Positions 48,178 to 58,008 of a stretch of DNA of 64,000 nt are shown here, in pieces; position 1 is the first letter of the stretch, and every line of letters begins with the position of its first letter. The stretch is taken from the NCBI GenBank assembly GCA_965197475.1, contig CBDANF010000002.1, forward strand, positions 128,001 to 192,000, written 5' to 3'. The DNA is from Candidatus Poribacteria bacterium (lineage in GTDB: Bacteria > Poribacteria > WGA-4E > WGA-3G). The notes beneath the pieces are model-generated. The model was not told where the DNA came from, searched no databases, and was given only the letters and a program-made list of their open reading frames with translations. The position numbers were made by a program, and so were the translations under genes.

Positions 48178-49386
48178 ATGGCGAAAACAGTTTGTATCGT
48201 AGGAACAATGGACACAAAAGGGTTAGAATTTGCCTTCATCACAGATATGATAGAATCAAGTGGCGTTTCAACGTGCGTTGTTGACACAGGAATCTTGGGA
48301 GAACCACAGTTGATACCCGATGTTTCTGCTGATGAAGTCGCACAAGCTGGCGGTTCATCTCTAAAGGCATTGCGAGATGAAGGCGATCGAGGCAATAGTG
48401 TCGCTGTGATGGCACAAGGTGCGGCAACGCTTATCGCTGAAAAACATGCTGCTGATGAGATTGATGGTATAATTTCACTCGGAGGGTCTGCTGGCACAAC
48501 GATTGGGACGACAGCGATGCAGGTGTTACCTGTGGGTGTTCCAAAACTCATGGTCTCAACCCTTGCTTCAGGCGATACAAGTCCGTATGTGCAGTCCAAA
48601 GATATATGCATGATGTATTCTGTCGTTGACATTGCTGGTATCAACCGCTTGTCACGACAAATACTCACCAACGCTGCGAGGGCAGTCGTTGGAATGGTAA
48701 CTGCCGAAATACCAATGGCAACAGCAGACAAACCTTTAATCGCTGCCACAATGTTCGGTGTAACGACTCCCTGCGTTACAAAAGCACGTGAAATCCTTGG
48801 AGCCGCTGGCTACGAAGTACTCGTTTTTCACGCAACAGGTACAGGCGGACGCGCAATGGAAGACCTTGTCAAAGGCGGATTCCTCGCCGGTGTACTTGAC
48901 GTAACAACGACAGAACTTGCAGACGAATTGGTCGGTGGAATTCTCAGTGCTGGACCAGAACGTCTGGAAGCCGCAGGACAAGCAGGTTTGCCCCAAGTCA
49001 TTGCTCCCGGTGCTTTGGATATGGTGAATTTCGGCCCGCCAGATACCGTGCCAGAGAAGTTTAGCAAACGACATTTTTATCAGCACAATCCGACAGTGAC
49101 ACTGATGCGGACAACTGCCGAAGAGACAGCCGAGTTAGGAAAAATCATGGCACGCAAACTCAGCGGAGCGAAAGGCCCTACAACTGTCCTCATCCCTACA
49201 CAAGGTGTATCCGCTATTGACAAAACAGGACAACCTTTTGATTCACCCGAAGCGCGAGATGCATGGCGAGAAAATCTAAAGGCGTACATCGGTGCCAATG
49301 TTACGGTAATTGAGATGGACGTTCACATCAACGATGACAAATTCGCTGCGAAACTTGCAGAAACGTTGTTGGATAGCCTAAAATAA
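48178..49386 (+). CDS. Tm-1-like ATP-binding domain protein (UPF0261)
   Basis: GTMDTKG.E, GGSAGT, PKLMVST, TMFGVTTPC, FHATGTGG, PGALDMVNF. Confidence 0.92.
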   Translation: MAKTVCIVGTMDTKGLEFAFITDMIESSGVSTCVVDTGILGEPQLIPDVSADEVAQAGGSSLKALRDEGDRGNSVAVMAQGAATLIAEKHAADEIDGIISLGGSAGTTIGTTAMQVLPVGVPKLMVSTLASGDTSPYVQSKDICMMYSVVDIAGINRLSRQILTNAARAVVGMVTAEIPMATADKPLIAATMFGVTTPCVTKAREILGAAGYEVLVFHATGTGGRAMEDLVKGGFLAGVLDVTTTELADELVGGILSAGPERLEAAGQAGLPQVIAPGALDMVNFGPPDTVPEKFSKRHFYQHNPTVTLMRTTAEETAELGKIMARKLSGAKGPTTVLIPTQGVSAIDKTGQPFDSPEARDAWRENLKAYIGANVTVIEMDVHINDDKFAAKLAETLLDSLK

Positions 49387-49396
49387 GAGGATATAG

Positions 49397-50287
49397 ATGC
49401 CAAAAACTTACAAAACACTAACAGAATCAGATGTAAACCATTTCATTGAAAAGGGACATGTTGTCCTGAAAGATGGTTTTTCGCGAGAATTAGCAGCAGA
49501 GTGGCGAGAATTCGCTTTTAAACGTCTCGGTTATGACCCCGATGATCCCACAACTTGGGAAGAACCACGCATCCATCTGCCCTCAATGAATCGTATGCCA
49601 ATTCGAGAAATCGCGCCGAGGGCATGGGACGCTATCTGTGACCTACTCGGCGGTGAAGACAGAATTACCAATTCAGAACCTTCTTGGGGCGATGGCTTTA
49701 TAATCAACTTTGCGTTAGGTGCAGATACTGCATGGCAACCCCCTGAGTCTCTACAAAGAGGTTGGCATAAGGATGGCGATTTCTTCCGACATTTTTTGGA
49801 TAGTCCAGAACAAGGATTGCTTACCATTGTCGTCTGGTCGGATATTCATCCGAAAAGTGGTGGTACATTTGTCGCCTGCGATTCGGTTCAACATGTCGCC
49901 CAGCATTTGTCCGCACATCCAGAGGGTTTGTTGCCGGGACAAGGTTTCGGTCAGTTGTATGAAAAGTGCAAGGACTTTGTAGAAATTACTGGGAATGCTG
50001 GAGACGTTGTTCTGCTGCATCCGTTCATTTTGCATTCTGCGTCACAAAATCCATCTGGACGCGCCCGTTTTATCACAAATCCGCCAGTTGCGCTCAAAGA
50101 ACCGATGAATTTCAATCGCGAAAATCCTGATGATTTCTCACCGATGGAGTTGGCAGTCTTACGTGGATTGGGCAAAGACCGCTTAGATTTCAAACCGACA
50201 GCACCGCGGGAACGATTGGTGCCGGAACGTGTCAAACGGCAAAAGAAAATGTTGGAAAAGCAGAAAAAACGTCTCGTTATGGTATAG
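49397..50287 (+). CDS. PhyH family dioxygenase
   Basis: HFIEKG, WHKDG, GDVVLLHP..LHS. Confidence 0.85.
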   Translation: MPKTYKTLTESDVNHFIEKGHVVLKDGFSRELAAEWREFAFKRLGYDPDDPTTWEEPRIHLPSMNRMPIREIAPRAWDAICDLLGGEDRITNSEPSWGDGFIINFALGADTAWQPPESLQRGWHKDGDFFRHFLDSPEQGLLTIVVWSDIHPKSGGTFVACDSVQHVAQHLSAHPEGLLPGQGFGQLYEKCKDFVEITGNAGDVVLLHPFILHSASQNPSGRARFITNPPVALKEPMNFNRENPDDFSPMELAVLRGLGKDRLDFKPTAPRERLVPERVKRQKKMLEKQKKRLVMV

Positions 50288-50309
50288 CAATCCTTCATCA
50301 TCAAGGTTG

Positions 50310-51377
50310 CTACCTTTTTTCTGCTTCTAACTGCGCCTTTTGCCAGCCATAATCCACATTGCCATCATAAAATTTGTCGGGATGTTCAACTGCCCAAATC
50401 TGCTTGTGGATAATCCAATTTTTGGGGTCCAATGCGAGTGCCTTCCGCCATTCTGTCACTGCTTCCGTCTTTTTTCCTATCTCTAACAAGGTCCGTCCAA
50501 GTTGAAACCGCGCATTAGCTTCAAGAATCTTTGGGTTTTGCGATTTGTTGAGCGGTTTTAAGTTACGAAGCAGTGTCGCGTTATAGGTGGTATGGGAGAA
50601 CCATTTTTCCAGCATCGCAATGGTTTCTTTGTTGGCAACATTTATGTTGAAAGGTGATTTGACCATCCTTCCTGCTTCGTCAATCATAACACCGTATGGA
50701 ATCGCTTTGAGATTATAACGATTGCCCAATATATTTTGTGAGTCAACAAGTGTGACAAATTCTGCGTTGGCTTTGTCGTGCCATGGTCGCACCACAGACG
50801 CACCCTGCGCGTCAATTGCAATGGAGACGAGGTTTAGTTTATCACGGTGTTTCGCGTAAAATTTCTGCCATCCTGGCAGTTGTCCACGACATGCTCACCA
50901 TGAACCCCAAATATAAAGTAGTGTCTTCTTTCCACGGAAATCCTGCAAACGTCTTGGGCTATTATCTATATCTGGTAACGTAAATTTAGGGGCGAGTTGC
51001 TCCGGGCGTACAACCTCCAGCTGGGTTTCTGAGGCTTTGTAAATTTCAAAGCCGAACGGTTCAGTAATGTTTTCAATTTTAGTGTAAGTAACGCCATCAA
51101 TATTGAATGCGCTCTCACCAAATTGCAGCGGAACACACAACTCCGATTCTCCGCCGCAGATAACTACCATATCCCCACCATTTGGCACTTCAACTAATCC
51201 TAAATGTTTGCAGACAGATTCTAACGGCACTAACCATGTACCATTTTTGAATATAGGTGTTGAGGTAAATGTAACGAGTTGATTATCAATTGAAATTTGA
51301 AGTTTTTTGACTGGTGCCGCCTGCAATCCTATTGCAAAAGACAATATGACACAGGTCGTAAGTATCAGTTTCATCAT
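50310..51377 (-). CDS. Secreted ResA/TlpA-like thioredoxin-fold selenoprotein with C-terminal TPR
   Basis: APKFTLPD...YIWGSW-TGA(50897-50895)-ACRGQLPGWQ...SIAID in frame with 50310-50795. Confidence 0.88.
50855..50894 (-). promoter_or_regulatory. Putative bacterial SECIS element
   Basis: CUGCCA-GGA-UGGCAG stem starting 15 nt after the UGA; lower stem CGUGGA/UUUACG. Confidence 0.7.
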
Positions 51378-51742
51378 GGCGCACTTCTCTCCCGATGTTG
51401 AGCATCGTAAATTAAGAATTTGATTATCTGTTCAGCTGTTTTGGGGGTGAGTCCAGAACCTGGCTTTCGCATCATCTTATGCACATATTTTCGCCATTCT
51501 TCCGGTGTAAAGGTGGAATTAATCGGTCGTGCAACGGTATGGCATCGGCTACATTTCCGAGTAAACAACTCGTAAAGCGTTTGCATTTCCTGTGGATAGT
51601 TTGAGACATCAACAAAGTTAGTACCATTATCTGCAGGGTATGTTTTAGCGGCAGTGCGCGGCGCGCGTAAGGCGAAAATCATTCCAATGCCTACCAGAAA
51701 GATAACACCTATCACTGTAATCCAAACAATAGTTTGCTGCAC
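51374..51742 (-). CDS. Membrane-anchored monoheme cytochrome c
   Basis: N-terminal TM helix; CSRCH; distal MMRK; GTG start inferred. Confidence 0.82.
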   Translation of the reverse strand: MQQTIVWITVIGVIFLVGIGMIFALRAPRTAAKTYPADNGTNFVDVSNYPQEMQTLYELFTRKCSRCHTVARPINSTFTPEEWRKYVHKMMRKPGSGLTPKTAEQIIKFLIYDAQHRERSAP

Positions 51743-51755
51743 CCTTAGTGAACCT

Positions 51756-51800
51756 CTCAATGACAACTTCCAGATTAGTTGTAACTTTTCCAATAATCAT
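51756..51800 (-). pseudogene. Probable 5' remnant of a clan AA aspartic protease
   Basis: ATG overlaps the upstream stop (TAATG); MIIGKVTTNLEVVIE then similarity ends. Confidence 0.45.
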
Positions 51801-52066
51801 TATGTTGGGGCCGAAATCTTAAAGCCGATACGATGAGCAGCTGGGAACCCGATCCGCAAACTGTAAATGACAGCATCAGGACGCTTAGCGAGCAGACGCA
51901 TCGTTGGGGACAAATCATCGGTATCAATTTCGTAGTCTCCCGTTTCAATGTCAACAGACAAGAATTTGCCTTTATGTTCTGGCTCAACTTTGTCCCGAAG
52001 TTGTAGTTGATAAATCTCTTTGCCGCGGGCAGCAACATCTTCGGAAGTATAATCGGTACGTGGCAT
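51800..52066 (-). CDS. Small hypothetical protein (DUF5678-like)
   Basis: RGKEIY...GKFLSVDIETGDYEID...LRIG; RBS AAGGA. Confidence 0.75.
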   Translation of the reverse strand: MPRTDYTSEDVAARGKEIYQLQLRDKVEPEHKGKFLSVDIETGDYEIDTDDLSPTMRLLAKRPDAVIYSLRIGFPAAHRIGFKISAPT

Positions 52067-52168
52067 AACTACTTTCCTTATCGTTGCGTTTTAACCGAAA
52101 TCTTAAAGTCACAATATGGTATAACGATTCTCCCAAATTTCATTAACCTTAAACTCCGCTTGAGGTTA

Positions 52169-54007
52169 TCAGACGATATCCTTCACCTTTTGGACAATAG
52201 CATTTGCACTAATACCGTGAAGTTCCAATAACTCATCCGGTTTGCCTGATCGTGGTATTCCCGTAACAGCAAGTTTGTGGACGTGGATACCTTTAGTCGC
52301 AACAGCATCTAACACAGCACCACCTAAACCACCTTCAGGATAATGATCTTCAACGGTGATTATGGTATTGTTTGTTTCGGCTGCAGCATCGATTAGTGTT
52401 TCCGTGTCAATCGGTTTGATGCAATACAGATCAATGATGCGGATTGCAATACTTTCTGCATTGAGTATTTCGTGCGCCTTCAAGGTTTCGTGAAGTGTAA
52501 CACCTGCGGCAACGATCGTCACCTTATCTTCACTACTTTTCCGAACGACCTTACTTCCACCGATAGGGAAACTTTCATCAGCATCGTAAAGAATCGCTGT
52601 TTTTGGGCGCGAAGTTCGGATATATACAATCCCTTCGTGGGCAGCAGCTTCCGCGACGAGACGTTCAGCCGCAACAGCATCGCTCGGATATAGCACGACT
52701 GCCCCCGGAATTGCCCGGAACATTGAGATGTCTTCTAAACCCATCTGTGAGGGACCGTCTTCACCGATTGAGACACCGCAGTGTGAACCGGCGTATTTTA
52801 TATTTGCCTGTGAAATCGCAGACATCCGAATTTGGTCATAAGCACGAGATAGGAATGCAGCGAATGTGGAAACAAACGGTATCTTTCCTCGCTTTGCCAG
52901 ACCGATGCCTGCCCCTACTAAGTTTTGCTCTGCGATGAACATCTCAAAAAAGCGGTTCGGATGGAGTGTCATAAATTGTTCGGCGTAAGTAGAGTTTTTG
53001 GTATCTCCATCAAGCGCAACAACATTGGGGTTTGCAGTGCCGAGTTTTGCAAGTCCAATGCCGTAACCGCCGCGTGTCGCAACCTCTTCGTCAGATGTAT
53101 ACGCCGGAGGTTCACATTCTGTAGTGGTAGAAATCTGTCTGCCTATCGGATTTGGGGATTCTATCTGTAACGGAATATCTGTTTGCAGCGGACCGAGTTC
53201 GGCTAAAGTTTTGTCAAGTTGTTCCCCTTTGGGAACGGCTTTTCCGTGCCAGTTGTCTTCATCTTCAAGGAATGAAACGCCTTTCCCCTTAAATGTCTTG
53301 GCAACTATCATCGTTGGTTTATCGGTTGAGGTTTTGGCTTTCTCCAGTGCTGGCAAAATTTCATCAAAATCATGCCCATCAATACCTATGGTTTGCCAAC
53401 CGAACGCTTCAAAACGTCTGCAGTAGGTATCAATATCAAAGGCATACATAGTGCGTTGGCTCTGTCCGAGGGCGTTTACATCCACAATCCCGATGAGGTT
53501 GTTCAACTGGTAGTGAGATGCTAAAGCAGCTGCTTCCCAAACACCTCCTTCAGCGGTTTCGCCGTCGCCGAGAAGCACATAGACACGGTAATCGGATTTG
53601 TCCAAGTATTTACCATTGAGTGCCATACCCAGTCCAAGCGATAAACCTTGACCGAGAGAACCTGTCGCGACCTCAGTCCATTCAAAACGTGGAGTCGGGT
53701 GTCCCTCAAAGATACTGTCTATCTGCCTTAGTGTCCGCAGATCGTCAGCTGGAATGATACCCGCTTCAGCATAAGCAGCATAAAGCAGCGGTGCTGCGTG
53801 CCCTTTTGATAAAATAAACCTATCGTTGTTCGGGTTTTGCGCGTCTGCACAGTCATAGCGCATCGCATGAAAAAAGAGGGCAGAGACAATATCTGCTGCT
53901 GAGAGGCACGTTGTCGGATGTCCGGAGCCTGCCTCCGATGTTGAGATAATAGAGTGGATTCGTAAGTTTGTCGCTTTCCGTTTGAGAAGATTTTTCAAAG
54001 TGTCCAC
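52169..54007 (-). CDS. tkt: Transketolase (about 610-aa type)
   Basis: SGHPT, SKGHAAP, TGSLGQG, GDGE...EG, FIAEQ, GEDGPSQ, TVEDH. Confidence 0.95.
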   Translation of the reverse strand: MDTLKNLLKRKATNLRIHSIISTSEAGSGHPTTCLSAADIVSALFFHAMRYDCADAQNPNNDRFILSKGHAAPLLYAAYAEAGIIPADDLRTLRQIDSIFEGHPTPRFEWTEVATGSLGQGLSLGLGMALNGKYLDKSDYRVYVLLGDGETAEGGVWEAAALASHYQLNNLIGIVDVNALGQSQRTMYAFDIDTYCRRFEAFGWQTIGIDGHDFDEILPALEKAKTSTDKPTMIVAKTFKGKGVSFLEDEDNWHGKAVPKGEQLDKTLAELGPLQTDIPLQIESPNPIGRQISTTTECEPPAYTSDEEVATRGGYGIGLAKLGTANPNVVALDGDTKNSTYAEQFMTLHPNRFFEMFIAEQNLVGAGIGLAKRGKIPFVSTFAAFLSRAYDQIRMSAISQANIKYAGSHCGVSIGEDGPSQMGLEDISMFRAIPGAVVLYPSDAVAAERLVAEAAAHEGIVYIRTSRPKTAILYDADESFPIGGSKVVRKSSEDKVTIVAAGVTLHETLKAHEILNAESIAIRIIDLYCIKPIDTETLIDAAAETNNTIITVEDHYPEGGLGGAVLDAVATKGIHVHKLAVTGIPRSGKPDELLELHGISANAIVQKVKDIV

Positions 54008-54031
54008 AAATTTCGCGTATCCTTTCTTTTT

Positions 54032-54592
54032 TTAAGAATGTTTCGCTTTCAAAGTTTCCGCGCGCCGTTGCGCCGATATAGTCAGATAATGCGCTTGGCA
54101 GGTTTTTACGAGGGATTCAAAAGTCTTAATCGCTTTTGGAATATCTTGCGTTTTGACGTAAGCCTCTGCCTGCCAATACATTGATTTGGCTACGATTTCG
54201 TTTGCCTCAGACCGTTTGCCTTTCGTTTGCTTTTTTTCATTTTTTATAGCCTCATCAAATTTTTCTATGGCCTGTTCATAATCTTTTTCTTCATAGTAGG
54301 CTCTAACAGCGTCTGCGTAGGCGAAGTTATTTTCTTCCTGTGAGTTAAAAGGTGCTATTTCTATAGGCTGTTCTAAAACCAACGCAGAAGAATCTTCCAA
54401 TTCGTCCTCTTCATCATGCTCGTCATCAGGTTCTTCTGATTCATAAGCCATCCGATCAGCATCTTCCGCGTCGTTTTTATTTTCAAAGCCGAGGGGGTCA
54501 AACTTATCCTCATCAGTGAAATCGTTGTTGTCATCAGAAGGTTCCAATACTTCCTCGTCAGGACCATCTATTTCTTCAAGTTTGAAATCCAT
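54032..54592 (-). CDS. Protein with acidic N-terminus and TPR domain
   Basis: D/E-rich first about 70 aa; YEEKDYEQAIEKF...MYWQAEAY. Confidence 0.78.
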   Translation of the reverse strand: MDFKLEEIDGPDEEVLEPSDDNNDFTDEDKFDPLGFENKNDAEDADRMAYESEEPDDEHDEEDELEDSSALVLEQPIEIAPFNSQEENNFAYADAVRAYYEEKDYEQAIEKFDEAIKNEKKQTKGKRSEANEIVAKSMYWQAEAYVKTQDIPKAIKTFESLVKTCQAHYLTISAQRRAETLKAKHS

Positions 54593-54776
54593 TTTTATCC
54601 TCCTCAGTTGTGATGTTTTCTAACATACATTTCAGTATTTGAACTACCTTCGCGATTGTTTTATATGGAATAAAGGCAACACAACGGATAAGTTGTTAAA
54701 ATAAAACATACCTATATCATATCAGATTTATGCAGACATGTCAAGAAAAATCCGAAAAAATACTTCTGAAAAAGAG

Positions 54777-54805
54777 TTGACACCAATAGCTTTTCTGTCT
54801 ATAAT
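54777..54805 (+). promoter_or_regulatory. Consensus sigma70 promoter
   Basis: TTGACA-N17-TATAAT. Confidence 0.65.
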
Positions 54806-54854
54806 AGATAAGGATATAAAAAAATAGATAAGGATATAAAAACTATAAGGATAC
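54803..54854 (+). repeat. 20-bp tandem repeat (two full copies plus a partial) containing ATAAGGATA
   Basis: aatagataaggatataaaaa x2, then ctataaggatac. Confidence 0.85.
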
Positions 54855-54872
54855 TTTTCCTTTCTATCTATT

Positions 54873-55030
54873 ATAACCCAAGTTGCTACTAACAAGTTTT
54901 CGACGTTTCAAGAGGGTTTTTCAGATTCTTCTCCACCCCGTAGGGGTGATATGTCTATAGAAAACGGCATATTTAAGCAACTGCACCCGTAGGGGTGCTA
55001 TGTCTATGGATAGGTAGCAACTTGGGTTAT
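54873..55030. mobile_element. MITE (158 bp) with 17-bp perfect TIRs and an internal REP doublet
   Basis: ataacccaagttgctac ... gtagcaacttgggttat; internal caccccgtaggggtgatatgtctatag x2. Confidence 0.75.
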
Positions 55031-55046
55031 TATAAGTGAAGTAAAC

Positions 55047-56207
55047 ATGAAACAAATAGGAATTATTTTTTTTATAATTGTTATCTTTAGTGTCCAACCG
55101 CTGTTTGCGCAGTCAACAGAATCGGAGACTGAATCCCCTTCTCCATTGCCTCAAGAAGAAAAATCTGTGGAGGACAACAAACAGAACGCGGAACCCGTTT
55201 CACCGTCAACACCTGAAACGCCTTCAATAACAGAAGAAGGGGGAGTTTTGGAAAGCGAAAAACAGGACACCGAAAACACTTCACCATCTACACCTGAAGA
55301 AATCTCCGTAGATGGTGACAAACAGGATACGATACCCACTATCAAGGAAGTAGAAGACGAAGAACTACTTGATACACCTGATCCGGCACTGCCAAAGTGG
55401 AAAGGAAAACGGCGGTTTTTCAAAATTGTCAACGATTACTTGTTAAAAGCAGATGAAGTCGTGACAACGCTTGTCCTGATCGCCGGAAACGCTACCATAC
55501 AGGGAACAGTAACAGGAAATGTTTTAGTAATCGGTGGAGATGTTGATCTTGCTCCAGGTGCTGAAGTAAAAGGAATGCTCCAAGTTATCGGTGGGCAGAT
55601 ATACGGCAACCTTGAATCTGTAGAGAATTTTAGTGTAAGTAACGGATGGAGAATAGCTCCAGCTGCGGCGCAACTGTTGATGCATCCCCAATCCGTCTGG
55701 GATATCAGGAAACATAGAAATTTCCGGTTGACTACCATGAAGTTTGCGATTTTGCTGTTGACGTATCTGCTAATTGCGGTGGCATTTCCAAAGCCAATAA
55801 ATACAATCAGTTCAATGTTGGCACATAGACCGATCAGTAGCATCTTATTTGGCATCCTCATGTTTGTTGTTATACCTATAGTTTCGTGGGTGCTAATACT
55901 TTCTATTGTAGGGTTTCCATTCCTGTTATTGGGTATTTGCCTTTTGGTGCCGCTGGCGTTATGTGGTAAAGCTGCAATCTTTTATACACTTGGTAGTACA
56001 CTTCTTGCCGGACGATTAAAGCCGCTCGCTGTGATTTTTGGCTTTATCCCCTACTTTATGGCGACTGAAATACCGCATGTTAACTGGGTGACATTTCTTC
56101 TTTTCAACGTCATCGGGATCGGACTCTGTATACTATTAATCTTAAGTGCAATGTCATCACAAAGCCAAGGTAGAAACGTTCATTGGTCCGAACGGGTGCG
56201 CCTATAA
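55047..56207 (+). CDS. Membrane protein with acidic repeats, a polymer-forming (bactofilin-like) beta-helix and C-terminal TM helices
   Basis: Signal peptide; SPSTPE repeats; GNATIQGTVTGNVLVIGGDVDL...; hydrophobic C-terminus. Confidence 0.72.
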   Translation: MKQIGIIFFIIVIFSVQPLFAQSTESETESPSPLPQEEKSVEDNKQNAEPVSPSTPETPSITEEGGVLESEKQDTENTSPSTPEEISVDGDKQDTIPTIKEVEDEELLDTPDPALPKWKGKRRFFKIVNDYLLKADEVVTTLVLIAGNATIQGTVTGNVLVIGGDVDLAPGAEVKGMLQVIGGQIYGNLESVENFSVSNGWRIAPAAAQLLMHPQSVWDIRKHRNFRLTTMKFAILLLTYLLIAVAFPKPINTISSMLAHRPISSILFGILMFVVIPIVSWVLILSIVGFPFLLLGICLLVPLALCGKAAIFYTLGSTLLAGRLKPLAVIFGFIPYFMATEIPHVNWVTFLLFNVIGIGLCILLILSAMSSQSQGRNVHWSERVRL

Positions 56208-57208
56208 TGGTTCTTGAATCTCCTATTTTTCTCAGTCTGTTCATCGTATTGCCGCTGTTAGTGATATCCCTTTGGCAGACACAGAAACAAGCAGGCGCGC
56301 CTGCTATTCGCTTCGGTGAACTTGATGGGGTCCGACAAATTCCCAGAACACTTGCTGTCAAACTACTGCCTTTGCTTAAGGTAACAAGGTTCATCGTAAT
56401 AGCACTTCTCATCTTTACCCTTGCCCGACCACAACTTTCCCAAAGTCAAGAACGGCGTTTCGCTGAAGGCATTAATATCTTCTTAGCACTTGATGTCTCT
56501 GAGAGCATGCGGGCAGAAGATTTTAAGGATGCCAACCGACTTCAAACAGCGAAATCAGTTATTCGTGATTTCCTCAAGCATCGGGAAGGTGACCGAATCG
56601 GGTTAGTCGTTTTTTCTGGAGAAAGTTATACACTTTGTCCACTCACATTGGATTATTCTGTGTTGATAGAACTACTTGATGAGGTAGAAGTAGCAATGGG
56701 TGGTCAGTTGCAAGATGGCACGGCTATCGGCGATGCAATTGCGACAACAGCGCATCGGTTACGAACATCAGATGCAAAAACCAAGATTGTTATTTTATTA
56801 ACAGATGGTGAAAACAACGCTGGGACAATTAACCCGGGAACAGCAGCATCGTTAGCGCAATCCTTCGGTATTCGGGTTTACACCATCGGCATGGGTAAGG
56901 AGGGCGGCGCGCTTATTCCTTATGAAGACACCACATTTGGAAAACGGTATCGTGAAGTTTTGACATACCTTGATGAGGATACACTCAAACTGATCGCCAA
57001 CACCACTGGTGCCCGGTATTTCCGCGCTACAGACGTGCAATCGTTGAAACACGTCTATGCTGAGATTGACCAACTTGAAAAGACAAAATTTAAGGTTGTT
57101 AACTATACTGATCGCCAAGAATTGGCAGCATATTTCTTAATACCAGCTGCACTTCTGTTAGGACTTGAAATTATATTGAGCAATACAGTTCTACGGAAAA
57201 TTCCATAG
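56207..57208 (+). CDS. BatA-like vWA domain membrane protein
   Basis: LARPQ, LALDVSESM, DRIGLVVF, PLTLD, GTAIGDA, LLTDGENN, LDE.TL. Confidence 0.9.
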   Translation: MVLESPIFLSLFIVLPLLVISLWQTQKQAGAPAIRFGELDGVRQIPRTLAVKLLPLLKVTRFIVIALLIFTLARPQLSQSQERRFAEGINIFLALDVSESMRAEDFKDANRLQTAKSVIRDFLKHREGDRIGLVVFSGESYTLCPLTLDYSVLIELLDEVEVAMGGQLQDGTAIGDAIATTAHRLRTSDAKTKIVILLTDGENNAGTINPGTAASLAQSFGIRVYTIGMGKEGGALIPYEDTTFGKRYREVLTYLDEDTLKLIANTTGARYFRATDVQSLKHVYAEIDQLEKTKFKVVNYTDRQELAAYFLIPAALLLGLEIILSNTVLRKIP

Positions 57209-57246
57209 AACCCATAATATTTCCAATCATTCTGTAGGAGATTATA

Positions 57247-58008
57247 ATGAAAAATATCATTGCATGTAACTTAGGCAGTTATCGACAGTTTGGTGCGAAT
57301 GCATATTCACACTTAGCAGAAATAGGGTTGACTAATGTTGAAATCGGGGTGCCTTCGTCTGATTCAATTGACACAGTGCAGGAGGGATTGAAAGCACACG
57401 GACTCACTGCCACGAGTTTACTCGGCAGTTGTAATGTCCAATCAGAAACAGTCGTTGAGGACTTTCAGACGACACTAAATATCGCAAACGAGATGGGTGT
57501 GAAGATTATTTTTGTCAGCGTTCACGCGGGCGAAGCAGACCGAAATGCTGTATATGACCGCCTCCGCGCTATCGGTGAAAATGCTGCGCCGTTGGGTGTA
57601 AAAGTGTGTTTAGAAACGCATCCAGATATGGCACACAACGGTGACATTGCGCTTGAGACAATGAAAGCCGTTGACCATCCGAATATCCGCATCAATTTTG
57701 ATACCGGCAACGTCTATTACTATAATCATGATGTAACAGCTGTCAAAGAAGTGCAGAAGATTATTGAGTATGTCGGTGCTGTTCACCTCAAGGATACAAA
57801 CGGCGGATATAGGACATGGAATTTTCCGGCCCTCGGAGAAGGCGTAGTTGATTACAAAACCGTATTCCAGGCATTGAACGATGCTGATTTCTATGGTCCC
57901 TTCACAATGGAATTGGAAGGTATTGAGGGTGAAAACCTTGATGAAGCAGGCGTTAAGGCTCGCGTGGCAGATTCACTGCAGCACCTAAAAGACATTGGAG
58001 TCATCTAA
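57247..58008 (+). CDS. Sugar phosphate isomerase/epimerase (AP endonuclease 2 TIM barrel)
   Basis: LETH, NFDTGN, VHLKD, LGEG.VD, GPFTMELE. Confidence 0.88.
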   Translation: MKNIIACNLGSYRQFGANAYSHLAEIGLTNVEIGVPSSDSIDTVQEGLKAHGLTATSLLGSCNVQSETVVEDFQTTLNIANEMGVKIIFVSVHAGEADRNAVYDRLRAIGENAAPLGVKVCLETHPDMAHNGDIALETMKAVDHPNIRINFDTGNVYYYNHDVTAVKEVQKIIEYVGAVHLKDTNGGYRTWNFPALGEGVVDYKTVFQALNDADFYGPFTMELEGIEGENLDEAGVKARVADSLQHLKDIGVI

